Source: Candidatus Eiseniibacteriota bacterium (GTDB lineage Bacteria > Eisenbacteria > RBG-16-71-46 > JABDJR01). Taken from it: 64,000 nucleotides of DNA. The notes beneath the pieces are model-generated. The model saw only the letters and a list, made by a program, of their open reading frames with translations, did no database searches and was not told where the DNA came from. The position numbers and the translations under genes are program-made. The stretch lies in NCBI GenBank assembly GCA_963762255.1, contig CAVXKA010000002.1, positions 1,120,001-1,184,000 of the forward strand, written 5' to 3'. Positions 1-8,574 of the stretch are shown here, one piece after another (within the stretch, counting starts at the first letter, position 1; each line of letters starts with the position of its first letter).

Positions 1-310
1 AGCTTCCCGCGAAGACCACCGCTTCCACGCCCGATCCGCCGGGGAACACGCCTGCCTGCTCGGCCATCACGCCCGCCCGCGCACGCACTTCCATGGCACC
101 CGCGGGAAGATCGAGGCCGAGCACTCGCACGCGCCCGCTCTTGGCACGCAACACGCCCAAGAGCGCGCCGATCAACGTCGACTTGCCCGCGCCGTTCGCT
201 CCAACCAGTCCGATAGCCCGCCCGCCCAGCGTCGCTGTGATGCCGGTCAGCACCGGGCGCCCGCCGCGGTCGAGGTGTACGTCCTGGAGCTCGATCCACG
301 CCGTGCTCAT
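1..310 (-). CDS. ABC transporter ATP-binding protein (runs off window start)
   Basis: Manual translation from ATG at 310: MSTAWIELQDVHLDRGG...IGLVGANGAGKSTLI, Walker A motif. Confidence 0.9.
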   Translation of the reverse strand, partial: MSTAWIELQDVHLDRGGRPVLTGITATLGGRAIGLVGANGAGKSTLIGALLGVLRAKSGRVRVLGLDLPAGAMEVRARAGVMAEQAGVFPGGSGVEAVVFAGS

Positions 311-317
311 GCGCGCC

Positions 318-1061
318 TCAACACAGCTCACCCAGCGACTTACGGGTGAAGAGAATCGCCGTCGCCGCCGTGGCGACGACACCGATCGCCACCAGCACGA
401 GCGAAGACACGAGCATGGACGGCTCGGGGGGCGTCACCGAGACCGGCAAATGGATGTCGATGACGCGGTCGGCGAGAACGCTCAAGTGATAGGAAGGCGA
501 GAGTCGGCGCAGCGCGAAGGGGATCTGCCCCATCGGCTGGTCGAGCACGAAGTAGAACGCAAGGCCGCCGATCAACCCGCGCCGGTTGGCGACGTGGATG
601 AGACCGAAGATGCCTGTGTAGGCGAACGCGCCCAGCACCATGGCCAGGATTTCGCGGCCGTAGTTCTCGAGACCCGCCCCGCCGAGGATTCGCGTGGCCA
701 GCATGAGCGTGCAGGCGCCTGCGGCAAGGAGCCCCGCGGTCATGAGCGTGCGCACGACCGCAAGCACCGGCCGCGGCACGGGACCGAGAAGTTGGTAGAG
801 CAGCGTGCGCTGGCGGACGCCGTCGCGCAGCGGCATCTCGCCGAAGAGGACCGCCGCCACCGGGATGCCGGGAACGATGAGCGAGAGGCGGATGGACTCC
901 AGCGCGCCGGCGAACATCCCGGGTGCGATCTCGCCCAGAAACATGGCGAGACCGGCGAGCCCGATATAGATGAAGCCGAAGAGAATCGAGAGCTTGAACC
1001 CGCGCGTTGCGAGCATGGGAGCGAGGTAAGCGCGGTAGGCGATCGTGGCAGGGCGGGTCAT
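318..1061 (-). CDS. ABC-2 type transporter permease
   Basis: About 6 hydrophobic segments; ATG at 1061 overlaps the upstream stop (ATGA); adjacent to ABC ATPase. Confidence 0.75.
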   Translation of the reverse strand: MTRPATIAYRAYLAPMLATRGFKLSILFGFIYIGLAGLAMFLGEIAPGMFAGALESIRLSLIVPGIPVAAVLFGEMPLRDGVRQRTLLYQLLGPVPRPVLAVVRTLMTAGLLAAGACTLMLATRILGGAGLENYGREILAMVLGAFAYTGIFGLIHVANRRGLIGGLAFYFVLDQPMGQIPFALRRLSPSYHLSVLADRVIDIHLPVSVTPPEPSMLVSSLVLVAIGVVATAATAILFTRKSLGELC

Positions 1062-1801
1062 GGGCGCGTCTCGCCGTCGCCGGCGGGCTCGCCGCCCGGC
1101 GCCACTCCGCCCTGTGGACCCGTCGCGCGTCCGAGCACTTCGTTCAGCCACGCGCCCACGTCCGCGATCTCTTCCTCGCAGACGTGGTGCTCCATCGGGT
1201 ATTCCGCCCATCGCACGTCGTAGCCCATCGCGCGAAGCCGGTCGCGGGAGTGACGACCGCGCGCGAAGGGCACCATGGGATCGAACGTGCCGTGCGCCTG
1301 GAAAATCGGGGTGGCCGCGTTGGCCTCGGCGCGCTCCGCCTCCGTCGCCTGCTCATCCATCAGATACGTGGACAGCGCGAGGATGCCGGCCAGCCGCTTC
1401 GAATAACGAAGTCCTAGATGAAGCGCGATGGCGCCCCCCTGCGAGAACCCGGCGAGCACGATGCGCCCGGCGGGGACACCGCGCTCTTCCTCGTGCGTGA
1501 GGAGAGCGGTAACCGCTTGCGTGCTGCGCAGGATCCCCTCTCGATCCGGTTGGGCGGCCAGGTCAGGGCTCAAGATGTCGTACCACGCGGGCATCACGAA
1601 TCCGCCGTTGATGGTGACTTGAATGGCCGGCGCGTGGGGGAAGACGAATCGAGTGCGCAGCGCCGGGTCGAGGCCCAGGTGTGGCACGATCGGCTCGAAG
1701 TCGTAGCCGTCGGCCCCGAGACCGTGGAGCCAGACCACCGCGGTTCGCGCGGGGCCGTCCAGCGGCTCGATTTCAAGGGCGGGCAGGAGGTCGCTCGTCA
1801 T
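1058..1801 (-). CDS. Phospholipase/carboxylesterase (alpha/beta hydrolase)
   Basis: WLHGLGADG, GFSQGG nucleophile elbow, HGTFDPMVP, YPMEH. Confidence 0.92.
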   Translation of the reverse strand: MTSDLLPALEIEPLDGPARTAVVWLHGLGADGYDFEPIVPHLGLDPALRTRFVFPHAPAIQVTINGGFVMPAWYDILSPDLAAQPDREGILRSTQAVTALLTHEEERGVPAGRIVLAGFSQGGAIALHLGLRYSKRLAGILALSTYLMDEQATEAERAEANAATPIFQAHGTFDPMVPFARGRHSRDRLRAMGYDVRWAEYPMEHHVCEEEIADVGAWLNEVLGRATGPQGGVAPGGEPAGDGETRP

Positions 1802-2039
1802 CGCAGCTCCGGATAGAGAAGGTGCAGACAATAGCGAAGCCTCCGCGTTCGTGCCAGCCGGTGGTGGTGCGGCCGCCGAACAGCGCCGCGCATGGGGGGC
1901 AGTACGGCGGGGCACCGGCCGGGGTTGCGGCGGTTTCGCGCCCGATGTGCGGCAGTTTCGCCCCCGATTCGCGGCAGTTTCGCCCCCTGTGCGCGGCGGC
2001 TGACGCGCAGCGGGGCTCTACATTGGGTATGCTCATCCC

Positions 2040-2711
2040 ATGTTCCGCGACCCCATCTTCGACTCGCTCCCCGCGCTCGAGGCCCAGATCGAAGCCGCTC
2101 TCGCCGCCCCCTTGCCCGGCGAGGACGCGCAGATCGTCATGGCCCCCTCGCCGCGGCCCACGCACGAGTGGAACCTCGAGAACGCCCGCACCGCCGCGGC
2201 CCTCCTCGTACTCTATCCTCGACTCGACCGGCCCCATGTCCTTCTGACGCTGCGCAGTCACAACCTTCCGTACCATCGCGGGCAGGTATCGTTGCCGGGC
2301 GGCATGGTGGAGCCGGGCGAGTCACCGGTTGCGGCGGCACTGCGAGAGGCCTATGAAGAGGTCGGCCTCGACCCGACGTCGGTGGAAGTGCTCTGCGATC
2401 TCACCCCGGTGTTCATCCCGGTGACCGGGTTCATCCTGCATCCGTTCGTCGCGGTGGCGCGGCGGGCGCTCACCTTCACGCCACACGAGGCGGAAGTGGC
2501 GCGGGTGCTCGAGATTCCGCTCGAGCACCTCGCCGATCCCGCGACGCAGTGCGTGGAGTCGCGTGTCATTGCCGGTGAGTCGCGTCGCGTGCCCTACTTC
2601 CTCGTGGACGAAGAGAAGCTCTGGGGCGCGACGGCAATGATCCTCGCCGAGTTCATGACGCTGCTCGGGTTTCCACCGATCGCGGGAGATGAACCGACCC
2701 CGGCTAGTTGA
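2040..2711 (+). CDS. Nudix hydrolase, CoA pyrophosphatase (NudL-like)
   Basis: LLTLRS..L..HRGQVSLPGG, Nudix box AALREAYEEVGL, LWGATA. Confidence 0.9.
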   Translation: MFRDPIFDSLPALEAQIEAALAAPLPGEDAQIVMAPSPRPTHEWNLENARTAAALLVLYPRLDRPHVLLTLRSHNLPYHRGQVSLPGGMVEPGESPVAAALREAYEEVGLDPTSVEVLCDLTPVFIPVTGFILHPFVAVARRALTFTPHEAEVARVLEIPLEHLADPATQCVESRVIAGESRRVPYFLVDEEKLWGATAMILAEFMTLLGFPPIAGDEPTPAS

Positions 2712-2885
2712 GACCCTGTCTCGACACGCATCAATTGGCAGGTGCGCTCGATTGCTCCCTGCGCTATCCTGCCCAACGGTCACGGCTTTCACGCCGTTGC
2801 CACCGGGTGAGGATGGGAACCATCCGTCGAAGCTCCCGTGAGGCATTCGAAGGTGCTTCGGGGTCGCGCGGGATGACAGGGAGGC

Positions 2886-4205
2886 ATGACGATGGGAAGA
2901 CGGGTTCCTGGGGAATTGCTCGCGGTGCTCGTATTGTTGGGTCTCGGCACCGCCATGATTACGCCTCGGGGAGCGGAGGCAATACGTCTCCAAGGCACGA
3001 GCAGCACAGCCTTCTACTCCCAAGAGGTCAGCAAGAGCGGAGTCGGCGATGATTTCGAGAACCGGACGAGGGCCTTTGAAAGGCTCCGGTTCGACGTTCT
3101 CGAACTCGGAACCCAGAGCCTCTCTTTCCACGGTTCACTGACCGCGCGCAACGATCTGTCTCACCAGAGCCTCGGCGAGACGCGGACGCGGCTGTACCAC
3201 GGGTACCTCGAGTACCGCCCCCATCCGACGGGAACCAGGAAGCTCGCCTTCCAGTCCCGCCTCGGTCGGCAGTGGGTGACAGCAGGCGTCGGCACGGGAA
3301 CCCTGGACGGCCTCCTCGTGCAGTTCGATCGCCCCGAGTGGGGCGGCGTGACCGTCTACGGCGGAACGCTTGGGATCGACTCCCGCGAGCAGTTGCGGTT
3401 CGACTCGCCGGATGACTCCCGGCGAATCGGCGCGGAGCTGCGCATCCGCCCACGAGTGAGCGAGACGGTCTCCCCCGAGATCAAGGCAAGCTTTGCCGAC
3501 ACGCGCCGGAACGACATGGAAGAATCGCGGCGTCTCGGGCTGCGGGGCGCGCTCCGATTCCGCCGCCAGCTCCAGCTCTGGACGGAACTTCGCCACGACT
3601 TCGTTCTGGATCGGACCTACGGCACCGCTGCAGGATTCGAGTACTTCAGGGCGGCCAGGTACCTGCGCGTCTGGGGCGAGTACAACCGAAGGACCGCAGC
3701 CCTCCCGGCAACGTCCTTCTTCGCCTTCTGGGACTCGAAGCCGGTCACCCAGATGCGCGGCGGTGTCGGGTTCGGGATCGCCGGACCCTATCGCGCGAAC
3801 CTCGAGGTCAACCGGACCGAACTCAAGAGCGAGACGGCCGACGAAGGCTCCTCGACCGAGCACGCCAACGTCTACCGTGTCGTGCTGCAGCGGAACGCCA
3901 TCCAACTGGGAGCGCGATTCGAATCCGGCTTCGCCGGCGACCGGGTCGGCCTCGTGGCCTCTGCGACCCACCGCATCGGCGAGCGGTGGGATCTCCTCGC
4001 CGACCTCGGGTGGCAGACCTATGACTGGGGAGAGACCGATCTCACCGAGAACCACGTCGCGTCAGGGATCTTCGCCGCCACCTTCAAGGCGACCCCGACT
4101 ACCCACATCACCGGGCAGCTCGAAACGCTGAACAACTGGGATCTGAAGCAGGATGTCCGCTTCCTGCTTCGAATCGACAAGCGTTTCCGCCTGGGACGTT
4201 CTTGA
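2886..4205 (+). CDS. Putative outer-membrane beta-barrel protein (porin-like partner of multiheme cytochromes)
   Basis: Signal peptide, alternating amphipathic strands (RLGRQWV), aromatic-ended C-terminal strand; directly upstream of the cytochrome. Confidence 0.65.
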   Translation: MTMGRRVPGELLAVLVLLGLGTAMITPRGAEAIRLQGTSSTAFYSQEVSKSGVGDDFENRTRAFERLRFDVLELGTQSLSFHGSLTARNDLSHQSLGETRTRLYHGYLEYRPHPTGTRKLAFQSRLGRQWVTAGVGTGTLDGLLVQFDRPEWGGVTVYGGTLGIDSREQLRFDSPDDSRRIGAELRIRPRVSETVSPEIKASFADTRRNDMEESRRLGLRGALRFRRQLQLWTELRHDFVLDRTYGTAAGFEYFRAARYLRVWGEYNRRTAALPATSFFAFWDSKPVTQMRGGVGFGIAGPYRANLEVNRTELKSETADEGSSTEHANVYRVVLQRNAIQLGARFESGFAGDRVGLVASATHRIGERWDLLADLGWQTYDWGETDLTENHVASGIFAATFKATPTTHITGQLETLNNWDLKQDVRFLLRIDKRFRLGRS

Positions 4206-4218
4206 GGGGAGATCGACC

Positions 4219-5247
4219 ATGAAAAGCATCACTATCTATAGGACGGGCTGGGTCGCCCTCGCCCTCCTCGCTATGACCGGCCTCTTCGTCGCCGTCGGCG
4301 CAGCCGACGTTCCCTTCTCTCACATGACGCATCGGGAGGCGGGCGCCGAGTGCGCCACCTGTCATCCGAACGCAGCCACGAGCAAGTCGGGCTCAGACCC
4401 GTTGCTTCCCGCGGCCCAGGCCTGTCTGGACTGTCACTCCCAGGAGGACCTGACCGGTTGGGGCGGAGTGCCCGTGGTGGTCGCGAAGAGCGGCTTCCCC
4501 CGTTTCTCCCATGAGGCCCACCTGACTCTGACCAAGGGCGATTGCACGCCGTGCCACGGCGCGCTCACCGATCCGAAGCTCGTCGAAACCGACCAGGGGG
4601 CCCTCGGCCACGCGGCGTGTTTCGACTGCCATGACGGCCGCACCGCCGAGGATCGATGCGAGACCTGTCACGCCGACCTCAGCGTGCTCCGGCCGATCGA
4701 TCACGGCCCGGAATACCAGCACACCCACCAGTTCTCAGCTCGTGGAGCATCGGGGGAGTGCGAGTCGTGCCACCGTCAGAGCGAGCAGTGCAGCCAGTGC
4801 CACCAGGGAGAGAACGTTCTCTTCCTGACGCACGATCGGAACTATCTGTTCACGCACCCTCTTGACGCGCGGAAACACGAGACCGATTGCGCCTCGTGCC
4901 ACGACACGGAGTCCTTCTGCAACGACTGCCACGCCCGTGAGGGGATCGCGCCGGAGAATCACGCCGACGACTGGATCTCCGGACTCAACCGGCACGCGGT
5001 GGAGGCCCGCCGGGACATCGCCTACTGCGCCGGGTGCCACTCGCAGGGCGAGCCGCTCTGCGTCGGCTGTCACCGCGACGCGAATCCGGGCCGCGGCAAC
5101 GATCGCAGCATCCACGGCAGCGGATTCAGCGACTACGACGTCAAGGGCCCGTGGCACGAAGACGATGCCTATTACTGCTTCGACTGCCATACGAAGGCCA
5201 ACGCGGCGGACCGGTTCTGCCAATACTGCCACGGCCAGGAGGACTGA
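4219..5247 (+). CDS. Exported multiheme cytochrome c, 13 CxxCH motifs
   Basis: CATCH, CLDCH, CTPCH, CFDCH, CETCH, CESCH, CSQCH, CASCH, CNDCH, CAGCH, CVGCH, CFDCH, CQYCH; signal peptide; FSH motifs of c3/c7 type; RBS GGGGAG. Confidence 0.92.
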   Translation: MKSITIYRTGWVALALLAMTGLFVAVGAADVPFSHMTHREAGAECATCHPNAATSKSGSDPLLPAAQACLDCHSQEDLTGWGGVPVVVAKSGFPRFSHEAHLTLTKGDCTPCHGALTDPKLVETDQGALGHAACFDCHDGRTAEDRCETCHADLSVLRPIDHGPEYQHTHQFSARGASGECESCHRQSEQCSQCHQGENVLFLTHDRNYLFTHPLDARKHETDCASCHDTESFCNDCHAREGIAPENHADDWISGLNRHAVEARRDIAYCAGCHSQGEPLCVGCHRDANPGRGNDRSIHGSGFSDYDVKGPWHEDDAYYCFDCHTKANAADRFCQYCHGQED

Positions 5248-5362
5248 GCGCGGTCGGGATGGGATGGGAGGGAGTCAATTTGGATAAGCGTTATCGTGTA
5301 TTGACCACGAACGTACGGCCGCAGAATAGTGGCGAACGGACCCGAGACAAGGACGGGAAACT

Positions 5363-6745
5363 ATGTCGATACTAGGAAACTGCCGCGAACGTCACTCGGC
5401 GACGCCGACGACCCTCGTTCTCTTCCTGCTCGTCGCCGCCGCCCTCGCCATCTTCGCCGGCTGCGCCGTCGACAACGACGGCGGCACCCGACCCATTACC
5501 GGCCTGGCTGCGGACTGCAAGGGATGCCACACCGACAAGGACATGCTCGTAGCAACAGCCGCCCCCGATACGTCGACGGGGTCCGAGTCATCGGGAGAGG
5601 GGTGAGGCGGGGAAGTACCTCCGTTGGAGGTATGGGAAAAGTACCAGGTCTCGAGTGCGTTCTTCGCCGACGCTCACGGCGCCTTCTCCTGCACGAGCTG
5701 CCACGGGGGTCAAACCGGCATCAATACCAAGGAAGCAGCGCATGTCGGAATGGTCATCGATCCTTCGGCGGGTGACTCCCCTGCATGCCGGTCCTGTCAC
5801 CTGGGCATCGTGACCAATCACGCCGCCAGTCTCCATGGAACGCAGAACGGCTACATGACCCAGTTCGCGATCCGGACGGGACAGGCGCAGCCGTCGGCAC
5901 AGGTCGAGGCGATGTTCACCGCGCGCTGCTCCGGCTGCCATACGTCATGCGGCCAGTGCCATATCAGCCGACCCACCTCGGTGGAGGGAGGCCTGGTAAA
6001 CGGGCACGTGATCGCACGCAGGCCTTCCCAGACCGACAACTGCACGGCCTGTCACGGAAGCCGCGTCGGGGATGAGTTCCGAGGCCACAATGAAGGCATC
6101 GCCCCCGACGTCCACTACCTCAGGGGGAAGACCTGCTTCGCCTGCCACACCGGAACGGAGCTGCACGGCGACGGGACCACACCGGCGGGCCGCTACGACG
6201 CTCCCGGCGCCCCGGAGTGCACCGACTGTCACCCCGAGGTGTTGACCGACACCGAAAACACGCAACACGACATCCACACGGGGACCGTCGCCTGCCAGGT
6301 CTGTCATTCCGTGGAGTACAAGAATTGCTATAGCTGCCACGTAAAGCTGGATTCGCAGGGGATCCGATTCCCGTCGCGGATGGATTTCCGCATCGGCCGC
6401 AATCCCAACCCGACCGCGGACCGTCCGTGGAGCTACGTTGTGGTGCGGCACATCCCCATCGCTCCCGACAGCTTCGAGCCCTGGGGAGTGAGCCTGCCCC
6501 AGTATGCGGCCACGCCCACGTGGCGGTACGCGACGCCGCACAACATTCAGAAGCGTACGCCCCAGAACGCCACCTGCGATGCCTGCCACGGGGTCCGGGA
6601 CCTGTACCTGACTCCGGAGTACGCCGACACACTGATCGAGGCAGGTCTCATGTTCCAGGAGGAGATCCAGGCGAACGACGGCATCTTCGTTCGCCAGTTG
6701 CCAGAGAACACGGCCCTGTTTATGGGCCGCCGGGAAGGAGAATAG
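5363..6745 (+). CDS. Predicted selenocysteine-containing multiheme cytochrome c lipoprotein (11 CxxCH; UGA at 5603-5605)
   Basis: ORFs 5363-5605 and 5624-6745 are in the same frame, separated only by TGA (SGEG-U-GGEVPPLEVWEK); lipobox IFAG-C; 1+10 heme motifs; hairpin follows UGA. Confidence 0.8.
5615..5633 (+). promoter_or_regulatory. Candidate bacterial SECIS element
   Basis: GTACCTCC-GTT-GGAGGTAT: 7 Watson-Crick pairs plus a G-U pair, loop starts with G 17 nt after the UGA. Confidence 0.7.
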
Positions 6746-6749
6746 TGAG

Positions 6750-7769
6750 ATGAAGAAGGTTGTACAGCTGGCCCTGATGGGGCTGGCACTCGCTGGATTG
6801 CTGACCGCCTGCGGAGGCGACGACTCGGATCCGACCCCGGTCGATCAATTCGAGATCGTGCGCACCTCGCTTGACACGTACCTGTCCTCGGCGGGGATGG
6901 CCCCGACCACGACCGCCCAGGTGCTGTTCGACAACCTGAACGACGGCAACACGGCCAATGACCCGTACGTGCTCAGCGTGCGCACCACGGACGACTATGC
7001 CAAGGGGCATGTCGCCGGTGCCCACAACATCAACTGGCGTCTGATCGGCAACGCCACGAATCTGGCAACGCTGCCCACGGACAAGCAGATCGTGGTCTAT
7101 TGCTACACGGGTCACACCGGCGCCGTAGCCACCACCTGCTTGAACGCCATGGGCTACAACGCGGTCAACATGAAGTTCGGAATGTGCGCCTGGACCCGGG
7201 ACGCCACCGTGCGGGCCACCACCGCTTTCCGGGAGGTCGAGGACTCTCACGACTACCCGACGGAGACCACGGCCAACGCGCTGACCCAGACCTATAACCT
7301 GCCGGAATTGAATGTGACCACCTCGCGGGACGAGGACGAGATCGTCCGGGCTGCGGCGGAGGACTACGCGGCGGACGCGACCGTCTCTCCGACGATCACC
7401 GCCCAGACCGTCTTCGACAACATCAACGACGGCAACACCGCCAACGACTACTTCATCCTGAGCGTCCGCTCGGCCGCCGACTACGCGAAGGGACACATCC
7501 CCGGCGCGTACAACATCCCCTACAAGGAGATCGCGAAGGTCGAGAACCTAAGGAAGCTCCCCACCGATAAGACGATCGTCGTCTATTGCTACACCGGTCA
7601 TACCGGCGGCACTGCGACGACCGCCCTGCGGATGCTCGGCTATCAGGCCGTCAACATGAAGTTCGGGATGACGGCGTGGACGCGGGATGCGACGGTGCGG
7701 GCCACCACCGCCTTCCGGGAAGTCGAGGACTCCCACGACTACCCGTTCACCACCGGGGTTAACCCCTAG
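6750..7769 (+). CDS. Tandem rhodanese-domain (sulfurtransferase) lipoprotein
   Basis: Lipobox LLTA-C; two repeats of SVR...DYAKGH(V/I)xGA...IVVYCYTGHTG. Confidence 0.9.
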   Translation: MKKVVQLALMGLALAGLLTACGGDDSDPTPVDQFEIVRTSLDTYLSSAGMAPTTTAQVLFDNLNDGNTANDPYVLSVRTTDDYAKGHVAGAHNINWRLIGNATNLATLPTDKQIVVYCYTGHTGAVATTCLNAMGYNAVNMKFGMCAWTRDATVRATTAFREVEDSHDYPTETTANALTQTYNLPELNVTTSRDEDEIVRAAAEDYAADATVSPTITAQTVFDNINDGNTANDYFILSVRSAADYAKGHIPGAYNIPYKEIAKVENLRKLPTDKTIVVYCYTGHTGGTATTALRMLGYQAVNMKFGMTAWTRDATVRATTAFREVEDSHDYPFTTGVNP

Positions 7770-7785
7770 TCCGTTCCTGACGGCG

Positions 7786-7852
7786 GCGGCCGGCGTTTCC
7801 CCGAGGGGCCTGATCAGCATCCCCCGCGGAGGCGCCGGCCGCTTCCTTTTCT
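7786..7852 (+). terminator. Rho-independent terminator of the cytochrome-rhodanese cluster
   Basis: GCGGCCGGCG(T)TTCC...GGAGGCGCCGGCCGC stem followed by TTCCTTTTCT. Confidence 0.6.
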
Positions 7853-7892
7853 TGCCGCCACCCCGACCCACCCTCTACCCGCCGACCGGCCC

Positions 7893-8552
7893 CTACCTCC
7901 CCCGCTTCGCCCCTCTGACGAACGCCGCATAGAACACGAGGCACCCCAGCGCGAATCCTGCCACGTAGGGAACGATCGGGAACCCCGAAGCCGCTCCCCC
8001 TCCGGTCATCCGTGTCCCGGCGATAAGGAACGACGCCAGGAGCAGCCCGAACGACGCCAGCGCCCCCGCCCACAGCCACCAACGCATCCGCGGTCGCCCG
8101 CCGCAGTCGCTGAAGTGCATGATCCACGCACCCGCCACCACCAGGCTCAATGCGATCAGCACCGCCGTCCAGACCGGCCCAAGCCACGGCGACGGCAACA
8201 GGAAGAGCACGTCCCACGTGCCCAGGCTCTCCGGCCAGCCGATCGCGGCGCGAAGGCCGAGGTAGTAGACGATGTCCCACACGCCGAATACGACGCAGAA
8301 CGCGCCGAATCGCGCCCACGCGCGCCGTCGCGCCAGCATGGCCACGGTGAAGAGCATGAGGATCGTGGCCGCCTCGCGCGCCGTCTCCACACGCATGACA
8401 TGGTTCTCGGGGAGTACCAGGGGAAATAAGAAACCCCTGGGGAAGTAGAGCGCGCGTAGGTAGACCACGACCGCGGCTTCGACAATGCCGAATCCGATCC
8501 CGAAGAGGATCAGCCAACCGAGGTCGCGTCCGGTTCGGCGGGGGCTCGTCAT
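7893..8552 (-). CDS. Conserved hypothetical membrane protein
   Basis: EAAVVVYLR, REAATILML, WDIVYY, TWDVLFLLPSPW motifs; 5-6 TM segments. Confidence 0.75.
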   Translation of the reverse strand: MTSPRRTGRDLGWLILFGIGFGIVEAAVVVYLRALYFPRGFLFPLVLPENHVMRVETAREAATILMLFTVAMLARRRAWARFGAFCVVFGVWDIVYYLGLRAAIGWPESLGTWDVLFLLPSPWLGPVWTAVLIALSLVVAGAWIMHFSDCGGRPRMRWWLWAGALASFGLLLASFLIAGTRMTGGGAASGFPIVPYVAGFALGCLVFYAAFVRGAKRGR

Positions 8553-8574
8553 GCTCCCAACTCTATCAGCCCTT

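Noticed and set aside
5245-5247. TGA ending the 13-heme cytochrome as another Sec codon
   Set aside because: No convincing hairpin, and the next gene (5363) is in a different frame
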